DNA from: Flavobacteriales bacterium
GTDB lineage: Bacteria > Bacteroidota > Bacteroidia > Flavobacteriales_C > GCA-002722245
Length of the DNA: 64,000 bases
Assembly: GCA_023251095.1 (NCBI GenBank)
Contig: JAHEZL010000012.1
Location: 42,243 to 106,242 of the forward strand
Direction of reading: 5' to 3'
The position numbers were made by a program, and so were the translations under genes. This document shows, in pieces, positions 60,883 through 64,000 of the stretch; positions within the stretch are counted from its first letter, which is position 1, and every line of letters starts with the position of its first letter. The notes under the pieces are model-generated. The model was not told the DNA's origin, did not search any database, and saw only the letters and a list, made by a program, of their open reading frames with translations.

Positions 60883-61339
60883 TTACCTCTTTAGGGAGGA
60901 ACTGACTGGCGTCGCCTCCGTGTTTTAAGATATCACGAATGATGATGGAATTTATTGCTGAGTATTGTGGTTCGGTTACTAAATAAATGGTTTCAATGTC
61001 TTGTGCAATCGCATGGTTCATCATGCCTAAGCTGCGTTCATATTCAAAATCTTTCCCGTCTCTTAGTCCTCTTAAAATAAAACCGGCATTTACCGATTTA
61101 CAGAAATCAATGGTTAAACCTTCGTAAGTAAGGACTTTGATGTTAGGATTGTTTTGAAATATTTTTTTGATCCATTTCAAGCGTTGTTCCAGTGGGAAAT
61201 AGCCTTCTTTATTGGAGTTGCGACCAATGCCGATAATGATCTCATCGAAAAGGGAAAGTCCGCGTTCAATTACGCTGATATGACCCAGGGTAATAGGATC
61301 AAAAGTTCCGGCGAAAACAGCTATTTTTTTTGTTGACAT
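60869..61339 (-). CDS. coaD: Pantetheine-phosphate adenylyltransferase
   Basis: GTFDPITLGH, ILRGLR..DFEYE. Confidence 0.97.
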   Translation of the reverse strand: MSTKKIAVFAGTFDPITLGHISVIERGLSLFDEIIIGIGRNSNKEGYFPLEQRLKWIKKIFQNNPNIKVLTYEGLTIDFCKSVNAGFILRGLRDGKDFEYERSLGMMNHAIAQDIETIYLVTEPQYSAINSIIIRDILKHGGDASQFLPKEVNEDV

Positions 61340-61366
61340 AAACCAAAGATATAAAAGTTCAATTTA

Positions 61367-61648
61367 CTAATCTCTGAATATCTTAATATAACAATCGGTG
61401 ATTTGATATTCGCCTCCGGGAGCTTGTCTTTCCACGAATTCGGCACCTATAAATTCCAGAATGCTGCGCTTCTCCGATATCCGGGTTTGGGTATCGTGTT
61501 CCCAGTCGGCATCTTCGGGAACGATGATCAATGCCAGTAAAACATCGTCGTCGCCATGTTCATACTTTAATTTGAAAGAAGTTTTTTCGTTCGTGTATTC
61601 CAGATACTGATCCTTCTTTATGCTTTTAAATGTCACCTTCTGCTCCAT
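61367..61648 (-). CDS. Small acidic hypothetical protein
   Basis: 93-aa ORF that fills the uvrA-coaD gap on the same strand. Confidence 0.65.
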   Translation of the reverse strand: MEQKVTFKSIKKDQYLEYTNEKTSFKLKYEHGDDDVLLALIIVPEDADWEHDTQTRISEKRSILEFIGAEFVERQAPGGEYQITDCYIKIFRD

Positions 61649-61659
61649 ATCTTTTTCTT

Positions 61660-64000
61660 TTAAATAGTTTGTTTTAAAAATCCGGAAGTATGTGTTTTTC
61701 CTTTCTTCACCATGTCCTCGGGAGTACCCTGAAAAACAATTTGTCCGCCGTCTTCACCGCCTTCCGGACCAACGTCAATGATCCAATCGGCACATTTTAT
61801 AACTTCCATATTGTGTTCAATCAGCCACAATGAATTACCATTTTCAATCAATTGCTCAAATGCCAGCAGCAAGTTACGAATATCGTGGATATGCAAACCT
61901 GTTGTGGGCTCATCAAAAATAAAAAGGGTAGAGGAGGCAGCGGCTCCTTTAGCTAAAAAAGATGCGAGCTTGATGCGTTGCGCTTCGCCACCGCTGAGGG
62001 TGCTGGAGGATTGCCCGAGGGTGATATAACCCAATCCGGTTTCCTGCAAAGGCAATAATTTATTTACAATTTTCTGGTCGGGAGTACTGCGTCCTTCTTT
62101 TGGAGCATTGCTTTTGAAGAAAATTAATGCTTCATCTACCGTTAAGTTTAAAATATCATTGACGTTTTTGTCGCGGTATTTTACTTCTAAAATTTCCTCT
62201 TTAAAGCGTTTGCCGTTGCATTCATCACAAAGTAAATTCACATCGGCCATAAATTGCATGGATATGGTTACTGTTCCTTCTCCTTCGCACTTTTCACATC
62301 TTCCGCCGTCAACATTGAAAGAGAAATGGGAAGGTTTATATCCGCGGGCTTTACAAAGCGGCAATTCAGAAAATATACCTCTTATATCATCGTATGCTTT
62401 TAAGAAAGTAACGGGGTTGGATCGCGAGGATTTTCCAATAGGATTCTGATCAATGAACTCAATACCTTTTAAACGATGAATGTCTCCGCTTACTTTTCCG
62501 TTGCTTCCCGAAGGAATTTTGTTGATGTGGTTTAGCACTTCTTTGTAAGCGATGTCCTGAATCAGGGTTGATTTACCTGATCCGCTAACGCCTGTAATCA
62601 CGGTGAGTACTTCGAGCGGAAGATCCACATTTACTTTATTCACATTGTGCATTGTGGCGTCTTCCACTACAACTTTATATTTCCACTTTCTTCTTTCTTT
62701 AGGAGTAGGGATGGATAATTTTCCTGATAAATACTGAGTGGTTAAACTTTTTTTAGCCGACAGTAATTCTTTGTGTGTTCCTGCAAAAACAATTTCACCG
62801 CCATTGGTTCCGGCCATCGGACCGATATCAATGAGGTAATCGGCCTCTTTCATAATATCGGGATCGTGCTCTACTACAATTACAGTGTTGCCTAAATCGC
62901 GTAAGGATTTCAATACTTTAATCAGGCGTTGGGTATCTCTGGAATGAAGGCCAATGCTGGGTTCGTCCAAAACATACATCGATCCGACGAGAGAAGAACC
63001 AAGCGAAGTAGCCAGATGAATTCTTTGTGATTCGCCGCCTGATAAAGTGTGTGACGGTCGCGACAGGGTTAAATATCCCAAACCAACATCCATTAAATAG
63101 TGCAAGCGATTTTTAATTTCTTCCAGTAATCTTTTGGCAATAATGGCGTCGTTCTTATGCAATTTAATATTGTCGAAAAAAGATTGCAATTCATGAATAG
63201 GAGCCGACATCAGCTCCAGAATATTTTTGTCGTTTACCTTCACCCATGATGCTTCCTTGCGCAGTTTGCTGCCTTTGCAATCCATGCAAGCGGTGCGACC
63301 ACGGTAGCGTGCCAGCATTACTCGGTATTGAATTTTATAGAGTTTGCTTTCTACATATTGAAAAAACTGGTGAATGCCTTTGAAATGTTTACAGCCGTTC
63401 CACAACAGGTTTTTCTCTTTTTCATTGAGTTCGTTGTAAGGGCGGTGGATGGGGAAATCTGCTTTTTCGGCAGAGTTGATCAGCTTGATTTTCCATTCGC
63501 TCATCTTGTCGCCTTTCCAGCAGGCAACAGCGTCTTCGTAAACGGAAAGATTAGGATTTGGGATAACCAGTTGTTCTGAAATCCCCAAAACCTGACCGAA
63601 GCCTTCGCATTTCGGACAAGCGCCGAGCGGACTGTTGGGATTGAAAAAATGAGGATTCGGTTCGGTGAATTTTATCCCGTCGGCCTCAAATACATTGGAA
63701 AATTTTTCGGAAATTATTTTGTCGTCGTGAATTTCAATTTCACAATAACCATTTCCAATCTGGAAAGCCGTTTGAATGGAATCTTCAATCTGCGATAAAA
63801 AATCATCGTCGTCGGAAGCAGAGAATCTATCAATCACGACCAATATGTCATTGGCTTGTTTCAGCAGTTCTTTATTAGTTAGTACTTCAGAAGCTTTTAC
63901 TATTTCCTTTTTTATTTTAATTCTTTCAAATCCTTCTTTAATGAGGTTTTTCAAAAAATCTTCCACAGAAGTTTCTCCTGCGGAAACAGGAGCAAGCAGT
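61660..64000 (-). CDS. uvrA: Excinuclease ABC subunit A (5' end outside the window)
   Basis: Zn fingers, two LSGGE.QR signatures, GVSGSGKS, DEP; frame remains open past 63966 to the edge. Confidence 0.97.
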   Translation of the reverse strand, partial: LLAPVSAGETSVEDFLKNLIKEGFERIKIKKEIVKASEVLTNKELLKQANDILVVIDRFSASDDDDFLSQIEDSIQTAFQIGNGYCEIEIHDDKIISEKFSNVFEADGIKFTEPNPHFFNPNSPLGACPKCEGFGQVLGISEQLVIPNPNLSVYEDAVACWKGDKMSEWKIKLINSAEKADFPIHRPYNELNEKEKNLLWNGCKHFKGIHQFFQYVESKLYKIQYRVMLARYRGRTACMDCKGSKLRKEASWVKVNDKNILELMSAPIHELQSFFDNIKLHKNDAIIAKRLLEEIKNRLHYLMDVGLGYLTLSRPSHTLSGGESQRIHLATSLGSSLVGSMYVLDEPSIGLHSRDTQRLIKVLKSLRDLGNTVIVVEHDPDIMKEADYLIDIGPMAGTNGGEIVFAGTHKELLSAKKSLTTQYLSGKLSIPTPKERRKWKYKVVVEDATMHNVNKVNVDLPLEVLTVITGVSGSGKSTLIQDIAYKEVLNHINKIPSGSNGKVSGDIHRLKGIEFIDQNPIGKSSRSNPVTFLKAYDDIRGIFSELPLCKARGYKPSHFSFNVDGGRCEKCEGEGTVTISMQFMADVNLLCDECNGKRFKEEILEVKYRDKNVNDILNLTVDEALIFFKSNAPKEGRSTPDQKIVNKLLPLQETGLGYITLGQSSSTLSGGEAQRIKLASFLAKGAAASSTLFIFDEPTTGLHIHDIRNLLLAFEQLIENGNSLWLIEHNMEVIKCADWIIDVGPEGGEDGGQIVFQGTPEDMVKKGKTHTSGFLKQTI

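Noticed and set aside
61367-61648. Orphan polymorphic-toxin immunity gene
   Set aside because: Size and acidity fit, but I cannot assign a family and no toxin is nearby

Overview
Chromosomal window from a Bacteroidota bacterium, judged by TAnnTTTG-type promoters, a T9SS C-terminal-domain protein, Cys-type CcmE and a long NagB. Most of it is housekeeping: bioA, maf, kdsC, ccm cytochrome c maturation genes, bshB1, gap-pfkA, msrAB, an iron/B12 ABC transporter, ffh, folD, monomeric icd, selO, psd-cdsA-ftsH-rsfS, birA, pyrE, coaD and uvrA. Four things stand out. (1) A candidate SusC/SusD-independent chitin utilisation locus (17.3-26.8 kb): a GH18 chitinase, two unrecognised outer-membrane beta-barrels, two paralogous CBM11-like lipoproteins and a NagB-deacetylase fusion, next to gap-pfkA, with a GH20 chitobiase at the window's left edge. 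(2) An AT-rich defence operon (38.5-43.7 kb) in which an HpaII-like R-M system with Vsr is extended by a ParB/DUF262-like gene and a HEPN-like gene. (3) A CcmB carrying an inserted, degenerate CcmE-like domain. (4) Several families of structured intergenic repeats, including three copies of a covarying pseudoknot element, two of which flank one gene in inverted orientation. All calls come from motif recognition by eye; no database search was run.
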